Shown in pieces: positions 1 through 10,082 of a stretch of DNA of 64,000 bases; within the stretch, counting starts at the first letter, position 1, and the number at the start of each line of letters is the position of its first letter. The stretch spans positions 374,294,001 through 374,358,000 of the forward strand of contig OZ024742.1 of NCBI GenBank assembly GCA_964016885.1, read 5' to 3'. The position numbers were made by a program, and so were the translations under genes. This DNA is from Eledone cirrhosa. Its lineage: Eukaryota. The notes under the pieces are model-generated. The model ran no database searches, had not been told where the DNA came from, and worked only from the letters and a program-made list of their open reading frames with translations.

Positions 1-68
1 CGGCCAAGCACCCTTCCAGTCGAGCACTCCCCCGCTTCCGGCCACCGCACGCCACACCATACCCACAA

Positions 69-300
<232 letters not shown>

Positions 301-330
301 CTAGCGGAGCTACCCGGCTTCGCTCAGTGT
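301..330 (-). other. Helitron 3' terminus: subterminal hairpin plus CTAG
   Basis: Minus strand CTG(A)GC-GAA-GCCGG forms a GAA-loop hairpin about 10 nt before CTAG. An alternative stem on the + strand, AGCGGAGC (303-310) with GCTTCGCT (317-324), is also possible. Confidence 0.8.
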
Positions 331-489
331 TAAAAAGCTTATTTAGAAAAGAATAATATTAACATTTTAATCGTTATTTAAAAACTTCTGTAATTTAGTT
401 TCTATTTTTTAGATTTTAACATTTATCTTTAAATGACTGAATGACTGACGAATTTAAAGAAAATTCGTTATAAGAACATTTAATTTGTT

Positions 490-2352
490 TTACTGAAGTG
501 CTTTTGGATACACAATGTTTTTTGTTTTTCCTTCTGGTGCGTACACGAATAAATCAGAAGGTTTACCGACGCGTGAGCAAGCCACATACAGCTGTCCATG
601 TGAGAAGCATGGATTTTCTAAATTTAGTCCACACACTTGTAGCGATTGTCCTTGTGCTTTGTTGATAGTCATTGCAAAGGCGAGTCGCACCGGAAACTGC
701 AAACGTTTGAAATCGAATGGCGTATCTGTTGGAATTATTGGGATGCGTGGCAAGAGTACATCTTCTCCTTTAAATTTTCCATTTAAAATTGTAGCCTCGA
801 TGATATTGTTCATCGTCTTTTTCACTGAAAGTCTGGTACCGTTGCAAAGTTGTGGTGGATTGATGTTTCGGAGAAGGATGATAGGCACGCCAATTTTCAA
901 TGTTAAAATGTGCGGTTGCATGCCTGGCAAATCAAGTGAATTCAAGAATTCAATTGGATAATTGATAATTTCGTCTTGATTCATTACAGTATCGATGGAC
1001 TTATACGTTGTCTCTTCGCCTGGTATTTCGTTTTGAATGCTGAAATTAATGGCATTGACATCGGTGTTTTTGGCTGCTAATATAGCACGTACACTGAGCC
1101 ACTGATGATTTTTGTAATGCTGCGCAATATTTGGGAACACTTTGTGAATCAGTTCGTCTCTGGTTGCCGTGATTCTACAGAAGTTTGTTGGCAATGTGAT
1201 ACATTTTGTGGAATCATCGATTACCATTTTCCCATTCCCAATATCCAGCAATTGTTTTGTGAAACGTTCAGCGGATGCGTCATTTTGTAGTTGTACACGC
1301 ATATTGTTTTGTAAAGTTAATTTCTGTACGTGTCGCCATAAAACTGATGATTTGAGACATGCATTAAGCTCATCAGCGGGTGTTGATCGCGGTATAACTG
1401 GTAGAGTTTGTCGAAAATCACCAGACAATAAAATGAGTGTGCCACCGAAGAGGTGTTCATTTCCTTTCAAATCTTTTAGCGTATTATTAAGCGCTTCCAA
1501 TGATTTTTTGTGCGCCATAGTACATTCGTCCCATATAATGATTTTACATGATTGGAGTACTTTACCTATACCAGAATGTTTGGTAATATTGCATGTTGAT
1601 GTCTCAGCGATTTGCATATTCAATGGCAATTTCAGGACTGAATGTGCTGTTCGGCCACCATCTAAAAGAGTTGCCGCAATTCCAGATGATGTGATTGCCA
1701 GTGCAATATTATTTTCTGATCGTATAGTTGCCAAAATAAGTGAAATGAGAAAAGTTTTGCCTGTACCACCTGGCGCATCTATAAAATACAATGTCCCGCT
1801 TTGACTTATAATTGCCTGCATAATTTGGTCATATACTATGCGTTGTTCTGGTAGCAATTTGGGAAGATTCGTTTGAACAAATGTACCCAATTCGGCGACA
1901 TCAAAGTTTGTTTCTCGTTGCAAATCACAATCGAAAATGTCGTTTACAGATCGATTCGGCGCAGGCATTCCCAATTGTACCAATGTTTTGTTAGCGATTG
2001 CTAAACATATGACCTCAATGGAAACCAATGCTTCATTATACACATTTTGTGTGAATTGAATATTCATATTTTGATTTGTTGCACGCAAACGATGTAGGAT
2101 GTCTTCACTCATGTAGTCTTTATATTTTTCCCAAAGATCTTTTGGATTTGATGGGAAGCACGTTGTCAATATTATTGAGAATAATGTGCGTATTTGCTTT
2201 GGTCGAGCAGTATTCGATGCATCAGCGAGTGAAGTGTCCCAATGTCCATCATTTTCAAGAAGATTTAATTATTGGCAAGCTTCACGATAAGTGGCACATA
2301 CTTGACCGTTTACTGTTCTCAATTCTTGGAATGATGTCGGTCCACGTATGTG
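490..2352 (-). pseudogene. C-terminal part of Helitron RepHel: PIF1-family (SF1B) helicase, Rep/HUH domain missing
   Basis: Motifs: DAPGGTGKT (Walker A), SSGIAATLL, IIWDECTM (Walker B), GDFRQTLPV, LCNGTRL, FAMTINKAQGQSL, HGQLYVACSRV. Manual translation upstream of the listed ORF stays in frame (HIRGPTSFQELRTVNGQVCATYREACQ*LNLLENDGHW) with a TAA at 2271-2269. Similarity is lost near 2352. Confidence 0.93.
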
Positions 2353-2476
2353 TCCAGGTCAGGAAAATAAGGACAGACGAAATGAAGATATCAAATTACA
2401 GCACTTAGTTAAGGGCTAGCTGAAAAAGAATTCCCTGTAATGGGAGTGGAAGGGAAGTAATGTGAAACAGACACTA

Positions 2477-2588
2477 TACTAATTCTATTGAAATTATATT
2501 AAATTAAAGAGAGAATTTACTAATTCTATTGAAATTATATTAAATTAAAGAGAGAATACTAATTCTATTGAAATTATCTTTAATTAAA
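2477..2588. repeat. ~40-bp AT-rich direct repeat, ~2.7 copies, inside the Helitron
   Basis: TACTAATTCTATTGAAATTATATTAAATTAAAGAGAGAAT starts at 2477, 2518 and (partial) 2557. Confidence 0.92.
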
Positions 2589-2596
2589 AAAATTTC

Positions 2597-3075
2597 ACAC
2601 TCGCTCTTTCACTCACTCTTTGTCTATACGTTGATTTCTCTTTCTCCGTTTATAGCACTCACTCTTTGTCTATACGTTGCTCTTTCACTCTCTCTTTGTC
2701 TATACGTTGATTTCTCTTTCTCCGTTTATAACTTTAGAGACAGTCTAATATAGGGAGTGGTTCAAAGCAGCCAGACTACTCGCTCTTTCACTCGTTGCTC
2801 TTTCACTCTCTCTTTGTCTATACGTTGATTTCTCTTTCTCCGTTTATAACTTTAGAGACAGTCTAATATAGGGAGTGGTTCAAAGCAGCCAGACTACTCG
2901 CTCTTTCACTCTCTGTTTGAATATACGTTATAGGGAGTGGTTCAAAGCAGCCAGACTACTCGCTCTTTCACTCTCTGTTTGAATATACGTTATAGGGAGT
3001 GGTTCAAAGCAGCCAGACTACTCGCTCTTTCACTCTCTGTTTGAATATACGTTGATTTCTCTTTCTCCGTTTATA
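2597..3075. repeat. Composite minisatellite in the Helitron 5' subterminal region (30-, 62- and 118-bp periods)
   Basis: TAGGGAGTGGTTCAAAGCAGCCAGACTACTCGCTCTTTCACTC occurs at 2751, 2869, 2931 and 2993. The subunit TATACGTTGCTCTTTCACTCTCTCTTTGTC shows a 30-bp period at 2671/2701. Confidence 0.9.
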
Positions 3076-3126
3076 TCTTTGGACAAACAAACAAACATAC
3101 ATTCATTTTTATATATATAGATTAAT

Positions 3127-3250
3127 GGCGTTATGTCTCCTCGAACCACTATGGGGGCAGAGTTGGCTCACCCTCAAGAATTGAACTGCACGACTATTTC
3201 AAAAATCTCCCTCGCCATCCTCCGGGGTAACGTTTTCTGTATTGTCTGCT
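3127..3250 (+). mobile_element. Degenerate 3'-end fragment of a CRE-like non-LTR retrotransposon ORF
   Basis: Translates with indels as GVMSPR..TTMGAELAH..PQEL..LFQK/ISLAILRGNVFCI, aligning to [35 protein letters not shown] of the copy at 5110-5670. Confidence 0.65.
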
Positions 3251-3289
3251 AGAAGCGAGGCGGCTTGCCACAGAGCGTTCTCCCCGTAT

Positions 3290-3304
3290 AGAGAGAGAGA
3301 GAGA
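3290..3304. repeat. Short (GA)n microsatellite
   Basis: AGAGAGAGAGAGAGA read directly. Confidence 0.85.
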
Positions 3305-3359
3305 TAAAATATATAATTTGCCGATAAATCCTGGTATTTTAGAAATTTTTTTCGGCAAA

Positions 3360-3821
3360 CCGCTGTTGGCCACAAAAGGTTTCTCTCTAAAAATGAAAGG
3401 CAGATTGTATGATGCCTGTGTACGAACAGCAATGCTACATGGCAGTGAGACATGGGCATTGTGTGCAGAGGACCTGCGCATACTGGAAAGGAACGAAGCA
3501 TGCATGCTCCATTGGATGTGTAATAGTAATATACGCAAACGGCAAAGCATAAATGAACTAAGTGAGAAATTAGGAATAAGAGGGATCAGATGCTGTTTAC
3601 TTGAGAGAAGACTACGTTGGTATGGTCACGTGATGCGCATGAAAGACGACAGCTGTATAAAAAAGTGCAGGGCGATCAAAATTGATGAAAGTTACGGAGT
3701 AGGCAGACCCAGAAAAACCTGGGACGATTTGATAAATTCCGACCTTACACACTTGCACCTCTCTAAGACAATGTCACTGGACCGAGCTCTTTGGCGCTAC
3801 GCAGTAATACAGAAGACCCGC
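3360..3821 (+). pseudogene. C-terminal fragment of an RTE-clade reverse transcriptase polyprotein
   Basis: KGRLYDACVRTAMLHGSETW, RRLRWYGHVMRM, GRPRKTW and DRALWR are characteristic post-RT motifs of RTE-like LINEs. No RT catalytic core or endonuclease is present. Confidence 0.88.
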
Positions 3822-4975
3822 CTTGCCTATGTACAAAGCGAACCTACAGTCAGTAGGCACCTCTTAACCAAATATACACCCAAATCCACTACCCCTACCC
3901 TATCCTCCCACCAACACCACCCTCTCTCTGTAAAGTTGGTACCACAACATCCAGTCCAAATAAATGAGATGATCGAGATCGAGATTGTGTAGGTATCACG
4001 ACAAAAAAAAACAAAAAAAAACACACAGTCCACACTGTAATGTGGTCGTGTAGGTAACACGGTAAAAAGTTCCCAGTTCCACACTGTAAATGTGGCTGGT
4101 GTTAGGAAGGGCATCCAGCCATAGAAAACCTGCCAGATAGTTCTTTAACGAAGGGTAATAAATAATAATTTTAGAATAGGAATATGAAGGATATAGTAGG
4201 GTAATATGTATAGAATAGATATGTTGGTTATTTAGTTGTTATGATAATAACAATGTTGTTAGAAGAGATAACATGAATATAAGGAATAATAACGTGAATA
4301 TAAAGAATATAAGGAATATAGGATTTGGTTATATATAGTTTACTTCACGCGAATCTTTTAATAAGTACATATAAAAACAGTTACCAATGGTTGTTAAAGT
4401 TGTTATCGTTTCTGATGTGAGGCTGTTGTAGTCTGTTGTTGGTGTTAAAACAGCGAGTTACAGATAATTGTTGTTGTTGGAATTTGTGGTAATAGTTGTT
4501 AGACCGTTGTTAGAGAGTATGGTATGTATAGCTCTGAAAGGTCTGTAGTAACTGAGAAATACCGTGAACTGCATACAGCGGTGTGGTCAGTAGTAATAGA
4601 GGGTCCAATCTCTGTGTGTGTATCTGTAGACTTCATGGGGTATGTTGGTAGACCAAAGGGGTCTGTTAATAGCAGTAATCCTTACATAGTTAGTTGTATA
4701 TCCTATCGCTTCGATCTCTCTGTGTGGAATAGCTTGTACATGGTCTGTATATAGCAGTCACTTCCTGTCCCCCAACCTGAACTTGTTAACACAATAAATT
4801 TGGTGACCTAAAATTTAACCTTTAGGTATCACCCAAAGTTCAAGGCGCGGATTTCGCTACAGTTCTATATGAGCGAGACACGGTCACTCGACCAACCTTG
4901 CCTCAAGTGGGACAACTCCTGTCTAACCCATGCTAGCGTGGAAGATAGACGTTAAACGAAGATGATGATGATGAT
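3360..4975 (+). mobile_element. 5'-truncated RTE-like LINE: post-RT C-terminal coding part, 3' UTR and (GAT)n tail
   Basis: Coding remnant 3360-3821; 3'-UTR-like motif GGTGTTAGGAAGGGCATCCAGCC near 4098-4120; terminal AACCCATGCTAGCGTGGAAGATAGACGTTAAACGAA followed by (GAT)5 at 4961-4975. Continuity across 4140-4900 is inferred. Confidence 0.7.
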
Positions 4976-5109
4976 ATAGATGCAATGACAACGTTTCGAT
5001 AAACCAAATTCCAAGTGCTTACCAATGTGTCCGAACACGGAAGTGCCGAACTCCCACTGTCATCACCTCCATCTCTCTGTATTAAGAAAAAATGGGTCCC
5101 ACGCGCTGG

Positions 5110-5670
5110 CCACCCCACAGCCCCAGCGGACAGAATGGAGAAGGCGTTTCTCTGGAGGATGGTAAAGGAGATGCACTGGAAGAGCCATTCCATTTCGCGA
5201 GGCTTACACTTGCGGCTGGTCAGCTCAGTGCCTATGGTGGTAAATAGGGAGGTAACCCTAGGGCCAAGGACACCAGAAGTCTCCACTGCCAAGGGCACGA
5301 CAGCAAACCTGTCGGAGAGCGACCGGTACTTGGAGAGTTTGCCCTCTTCAGCCCGAAGTGCAGCAGAACCTGGGTTAGTCGCAGACTGCACCAGGTGGCA
5401 TCCCAGACGAGGGGTTTGCCACCGTGGAACGGGAAGATGGTCACACCGTCTGGCCTTTTGCCGTCCCCTTGGTCTAGCCCCACCGGCTCGAGCTGGGAAG
5501 GGAAGCCTGCAGCATCCAAGGCATGCTTAATGACCTCGTTGAGGGCAGCATGGCATGGAAGGCGGCTGGCACTGTAACAACTGGAAAGCAGATGGAGGCT
5601 GAAAGAGTCCACGGTGGATCCACAGCAACATTTGTGTGGCTTGCAGATCCAGAGACCAAGCCTCAGGGAT
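5110..5670 (-). mobile_element. CRE-like non-LTR retrotransposon 3' fragment (zinc knuckle plus restriction-like endonuclease), frameshifted
   Basis: [52 protein letters not shown] in one frame, then after a deletion/frameshift near 5392, [41 protein letters not shown]. This matches the PD-(D/E)xK-type RLE C-terminus of CRE-clade elements. Confidence 0.82.
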
Positions 5671-5823
5671 ATGAAAAAGATATTATTTTTTACAAAAACA
5701 ATATAAAAATTGGAAACATACATGGAGAAGTTAAAATATATATATATAATCCACAACCATAACTTTGTTAAAGGTTGGTGAAGAAACCGAATATTACTTA
5801 GTTTTTCCGTAAAACAATGGGTT

Positions 5824-6090
5824 ATGTACCAGCATCTTGCAGAAGGCAAACATGTATATACATTGAATGGTGGAGACACTATCAATGCTTTGTGCTTCAG
5901 CCCGAATCATTATTGGTTGTGTGCTGCAACAGGACCAACTATCAAAATTTGGGATCTTGAAGGCAGGAATGTTGTTGAGCTTCGCCCAGAAGTTATTACC
6001 CAGAGTACAAAATCACAGCCCATCTGTATGTCATTGACCTCGTCTGCTGATAGTCAAACATTGTTTGTTGGATACACAGATAATAATAAA
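5824..6090 (+). pseudogene. RACK1: RACK1 (GNB2L1) C-terminal fragment, WD repeats 6-7, degenerate and probably processed
   Basis: [41 protein letters not shown]...[14 protein letters not shown] matches RACK1 [41 protein letters not shown]...SADGQTLFAGYTDN. Lesions at conserved sites (LAWSADG to LTSSADS, VVDEL to VVEL); both ends lost. Confidence 0.9.
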
Positions 6091-6339
6091 GTTAATATCC
6101 ATATTATGATAAATGTATATTCTTTTTGTTCATCTGTTACACACATACGTTACGATCTGTCAAAAACGTAAACTTTTATATTTTTAATTCAGCTACCAAA
6201 GATGTGAGACAAAAATGGCGCGGGAGAGGCAAATGTTCTTAAAACGTACCCTGTTAACGTGTCTCTCTCTTCTTCTCACCTCTCTCTCAACGATATTACA
6301 CATACACACATGTATATCATGAATCATATACTATTCACT

Positions 6340-6425
6340 TCCCTGACATTTGTGTATTATTCTATGTACTATACATTCACCTTTGACGAGTTGTAGTGCA
6401 CCTGAGCATTGTAATAATAATAATT

Positions 6426-6456
<31 letters not shown>
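6340..6456 (+). mobile_element. Probable 3' end of a non-LTR retroelement or SINE with (ATT)n tail
   Basis: GTAGTGCACCTGAGCATTGTAATAATAATAATTTC followed by about (ATT)9. The tail is seen directly; element identity and 5' limit are inferred. Confidence 0.45.
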
Positions 6457-6476
6457 ACCTATTTCTTTTACTTCTT

Positions 6477-7932
6477 TATAACCAGTAACATCTATCTCTC
6501 AATCTCTCTCTTTTACCAGTATTGTCTCTCTCTCACTCTCTCTTTTATCAGTATTGTCTCTCTCTCACTCTCTCTTTTACCAGTATTGTCTCTATCCCTC
6601 ACTCTCTCTTTTACCAATATTGTCTCTCTCACTCTCTCTTTTACCAGTATAGTCTCTCTCTTTCACTCTCTCTTTTACCAGTATTGTCTCTCTCTATCTC
6701 ACTCCCTCTTTTACCAGTATTGTCTCTCTCTCACTCTCTCTTTTACCAGTATTGTCTCTCTCTCACTCTCTCATTTACCAATATTGTCTCTCTCTCACTC
6801 TCTCTTTTACCAGTATTGTCTCTATCCCTCACTCTCTCTTTTACCAGTATTGTCTCTCTTTCACTCTCTCTTTTACCAGTATTGTCTCTCTCTCACTCTC
6901 TCTTTTACCAGTATTGTCTCTCTCTCACTCTCTCATTTACCAATATTGTCCCTCTATCACTCTCTCTTTTAGCAGTATTGTCTCTCTCTCCCTCTCTCCT
7001 TTACCAGTATTCTCTCTCTCTCACTCTCTCTTTTACCAGTATTGTCTCTATCCCTCACTCTCTCTTTTACCAGTATTGTCTCTCACTCTCATTCTCTCTT
7101 TTACCAGTATTGTCTTCTCTCACTCTCTCTTTTACCAGTATTGTATCTCTCTATCTCTCACTTTTACCAGTATTGTCTCTCTCTCACTCTCTCTTTTACC
7201 AGTATTGTCTCTCTCTCACTCTCTCATTTACCAGTATTGTCACTCTCTCACTCTCTCCTTTACCAGTATTGTCTCTCTCTGTCTCACTCACTCTTTTACC
7301 AGTATTGTCTCTCTCTCTCACTCTCTCTTTTACCAGTATTGTCTCTCTCACTCACTCTCTCTTTTACCAGTATTGTCTCTCTTTCACTCTCTCTTTTACC
7401 AGTATTGTCTCTCTCTCACTCTCTCTTTTACCAGTATTGTCTCTCTCTCACTCTCTCATTTACCAATATTGTCCCTCTATCACTCTCTCTTTTAGCAGTA
7501 TTGTCTCTCTCTCCCTCTCTCCTTTACCAGTATTCTCTCTCTCTCACTCTCTCTTTTACCAGTATTGTCTCTATCCCTCACTCTCTCTTTTACCAGTATT
7601 GTCTCTCACTCTCATTCTCTCTTTTACCAGTATTGTCTTCTCTCACTCTCTCTTTTACCAGTATTGTATCTCTCTATCTCTCACTTTTACCAGTATTGTC
7701 TCTCTCTCACTCTCTCTTTTACCAGTATTGTCTCTCTCTCACTCTCTCATTTACCAGTATTGTCACTCTCTCACTCTCTCCTTTACCAGTATTGTCTCTC
7801 TCTGTCTCACTCACTCTTTTACCAGTATTGTCTCTCTCTCTCACTCTCTCTTTTACCAGTATTGTCTCTCTCACTCACTCTCCCTTTTACCAGTATTGTC
7901 TCTCTCTATCTCACTCCCTCTTTTACCAGTAT

Positions 7933-7990
<58 letters not shown>

Positions 7991-9512
7991 TCTCTCTCTT
8001 TTACCAGTATTGTCTCTCTCTCACTCTCTCTTTTAACAGTATTGTCACTCTCTCACTCTCTTTTACCAGTATTGTCTGTCTCACTCTCTCTTTTACCAGT
8101 ATAGTCTCGCTCTCTCACTCTCTCTTTTATCAGTATTGTCTCTCTCTCACTCTCTCTTTTACCAGTATTGTCTCTCTCTCACTCTCTCATTTACCAGTAT
8201 TGTCTCTCTATCACTCTCTCTTTTACCAGTATTGTCTCTCTCTCCCTCTCTCCTTTACCAGTATTGTCTCTCTCTCACTCTCTCTTTTACCAGTATTGTC
8301 TCTCTCTCTCACTCTCTCTTTTACCAGTATTGTCTCTCACTCTCATTCTCTCTTTTACCAGTATTGTTTTCTCTCACTCTCTCTTTTACCAGTATTGTAT
8401 CTCTCTATCTCTCTCTTTTACCAGTATTGTCTCACTCTCATTCTCTCTTTTACCAGTATTGTCTTCTCGCACTCTCTCTTTTACCAGTATTGTCTCTCTC
8501 TCACTCTCTCATTTACCAGTATTGTCTCACTCTCTATCTCTCTCTTTTACCAGTATTGTCTCTCTCTCAATCTCTCATTTACCTGTATCGTCTCACTCTC
8601 TATCTCTCTCTTTTACCAGTATTGTCTCTCTCTCACTCTCTCTTTTACCAGTATTGTCTCTCTCTCTCTCTCTTACCAGTATTGTCTCTCTCTCTCACTT
8701 TCTCTCTCTCTCTCTCTCTTTTACCAGTATTCTCTCCCGCTCTCTCTCTCTCTCTCTCTCTCTGTCACTCTCTCTCTTTTACCAGTATTCTATCTCCCTC
8801 TCTCACTCTCTCTCTTTTAGCAATATTCTCTCTCTCTTTCTCTCTCTTTTACCAGTATTCTCTCTGTCTCTCTCTCTCTCTCTCTTTAGCAGTATTGTCT
8901 ATCTCTCACTCTCTCTTTTACCAGTATTGTCTCTCTTTATCTCTCTTTTTTACCAGTATTGTCTCTCACTATCTCTCTCTTTTACCAGTATTGTCTCACT
9001 CTCACTCTCTCCTTTACCACTATTGTCTCTCTCGCACTTTCTCTTTTACCAGTATTGTCTCTCTCTCACTCTCTCTTTTACCAGTATTGTCTATCTCTCA
9101 CTCTCTCTTTTACCAGTATTGTCTCTCTCTATCTCTCTCTTTTACCAGTATTGTCTCTCTCTCACTCTCTATTTTACCAGTATTGTCTCTCTCTCACTCT
9201 CTTATTTACCAGTATTGTCTCTCTCTCACTCTCTCATTTACCAGTATTGTCTCTCTCTCACTCTCTCATTTACCAGTATTGTCTCACTCTCTATCTCTCT
9301 CTTTTACCAGTATTGTCTCTCTCTCACTCTCTCTTTTACCAGTATTGTCTCTCTCTCTCCCTTTCTCTCTCTCTCTATCTCTCTTTTACCAGTATTCTCT
9401 CTCTCTCTCTCTCTCTCTCTTACTCTCTCTCTTTTACCAGTATTCTATCTCCTTCTCTCACTCTCTCTCTTTTAGCAGTATTCTCTCTCTCTTTCTCTCT
9501 CTTTTACCAGTA

Positions 9513-9558
<46 letters not shown>

Positions 9559-10029
9559 AGCAGTATTGTCTATCTCTCACTCTCTCTTTTACCAGTATTG
9601 TCTCTCTCTATATCTCTTTTTTACCAGTATTGTCTCTCACTATCTCTCTCTTTTACCAGTATTGACTCACTCTCACTCTCTCCTTTACCACTATTGTCTC
9701 TCTCTCACTTTCTCTTTTACCAGTATTGTCTCTCTCTCACTCTCTCTTTTACCAGTATTGTCTCTCTCTATCTCTCTCTTTTACCAGTATTGTCTCTCTC
9801 TCACTCTCTATTTTACCAGTATTGTCTCTCTCTCACTCTCTTATTTACCAGTATTGTCTCTCTCTCACTCTCTCATTTACCAGTATTGTCTCTCTCTCAC
9901 TCTCTCATTTACCAGTATTGTCTCACTCTCTATCTCTCTCTTTTACTAGTATTGTCTCTCTCTCACTCTCTCTTTTACAAGTATTGTCTCTCTCTCCCTT
10001 TCTCTCTCTCTCTATCTCTCTTTTACCAG

Positions 10030-10082
<53 letters not shown>

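Larger units (their letters stand above)
301..3121 (-). mobile_element. Helitron (rolling-circle transposon), internally deleted non-autonomous copy with both termini, 2,821 bp
   Basis: Minus strand starts A|TCTATATATATAAAAATGAATGTATGTTTGTTTG (5' TC at 3121) and ends CACTGAGCGAAGCCGGGTAGCTCCGCTAG|T (3' CTAG at 304-301, preceded by a GC-rich hairpin). Inserted between A and T with no target-site duplication; contains a PIF1-family helicase. Confidence 0.93.

Noticed and set aside
1-68. C-rich segment at the window start
   Set aside because: Too short and cut by the window edge to assign; no tRNA, rRNA or coding motif recognised.
490-2169. Cellular PIF1 gene
   Set aside because: It is intronless, bounded by Helitron termini, and preceded in frame by the Helitron-type GPTSF..LRTVNG..REAC linker with a stop codon.
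515-2408. + strand ORFs 515-961, 1105-1290, 1169-1804 and 2076-2408
   Set aside because: Antisense shadows of the Helitron helicase frame, with no recognisable motifs.
3317-3359. Inverted repeat TTTGCCGA...TCGGCAAA at the LINE 5' junction
   Set aside because: Only an 8-bp perfect stem, with no target-site duplication or second copy; insufficient to call a MITE or terminator.
5015-5762. + strand ORFs over the GC-rich 5.0-5.7 kb segment
   Set aside because: Antisense to the CRE-like endonuclease remnant, with no independent coding signal.
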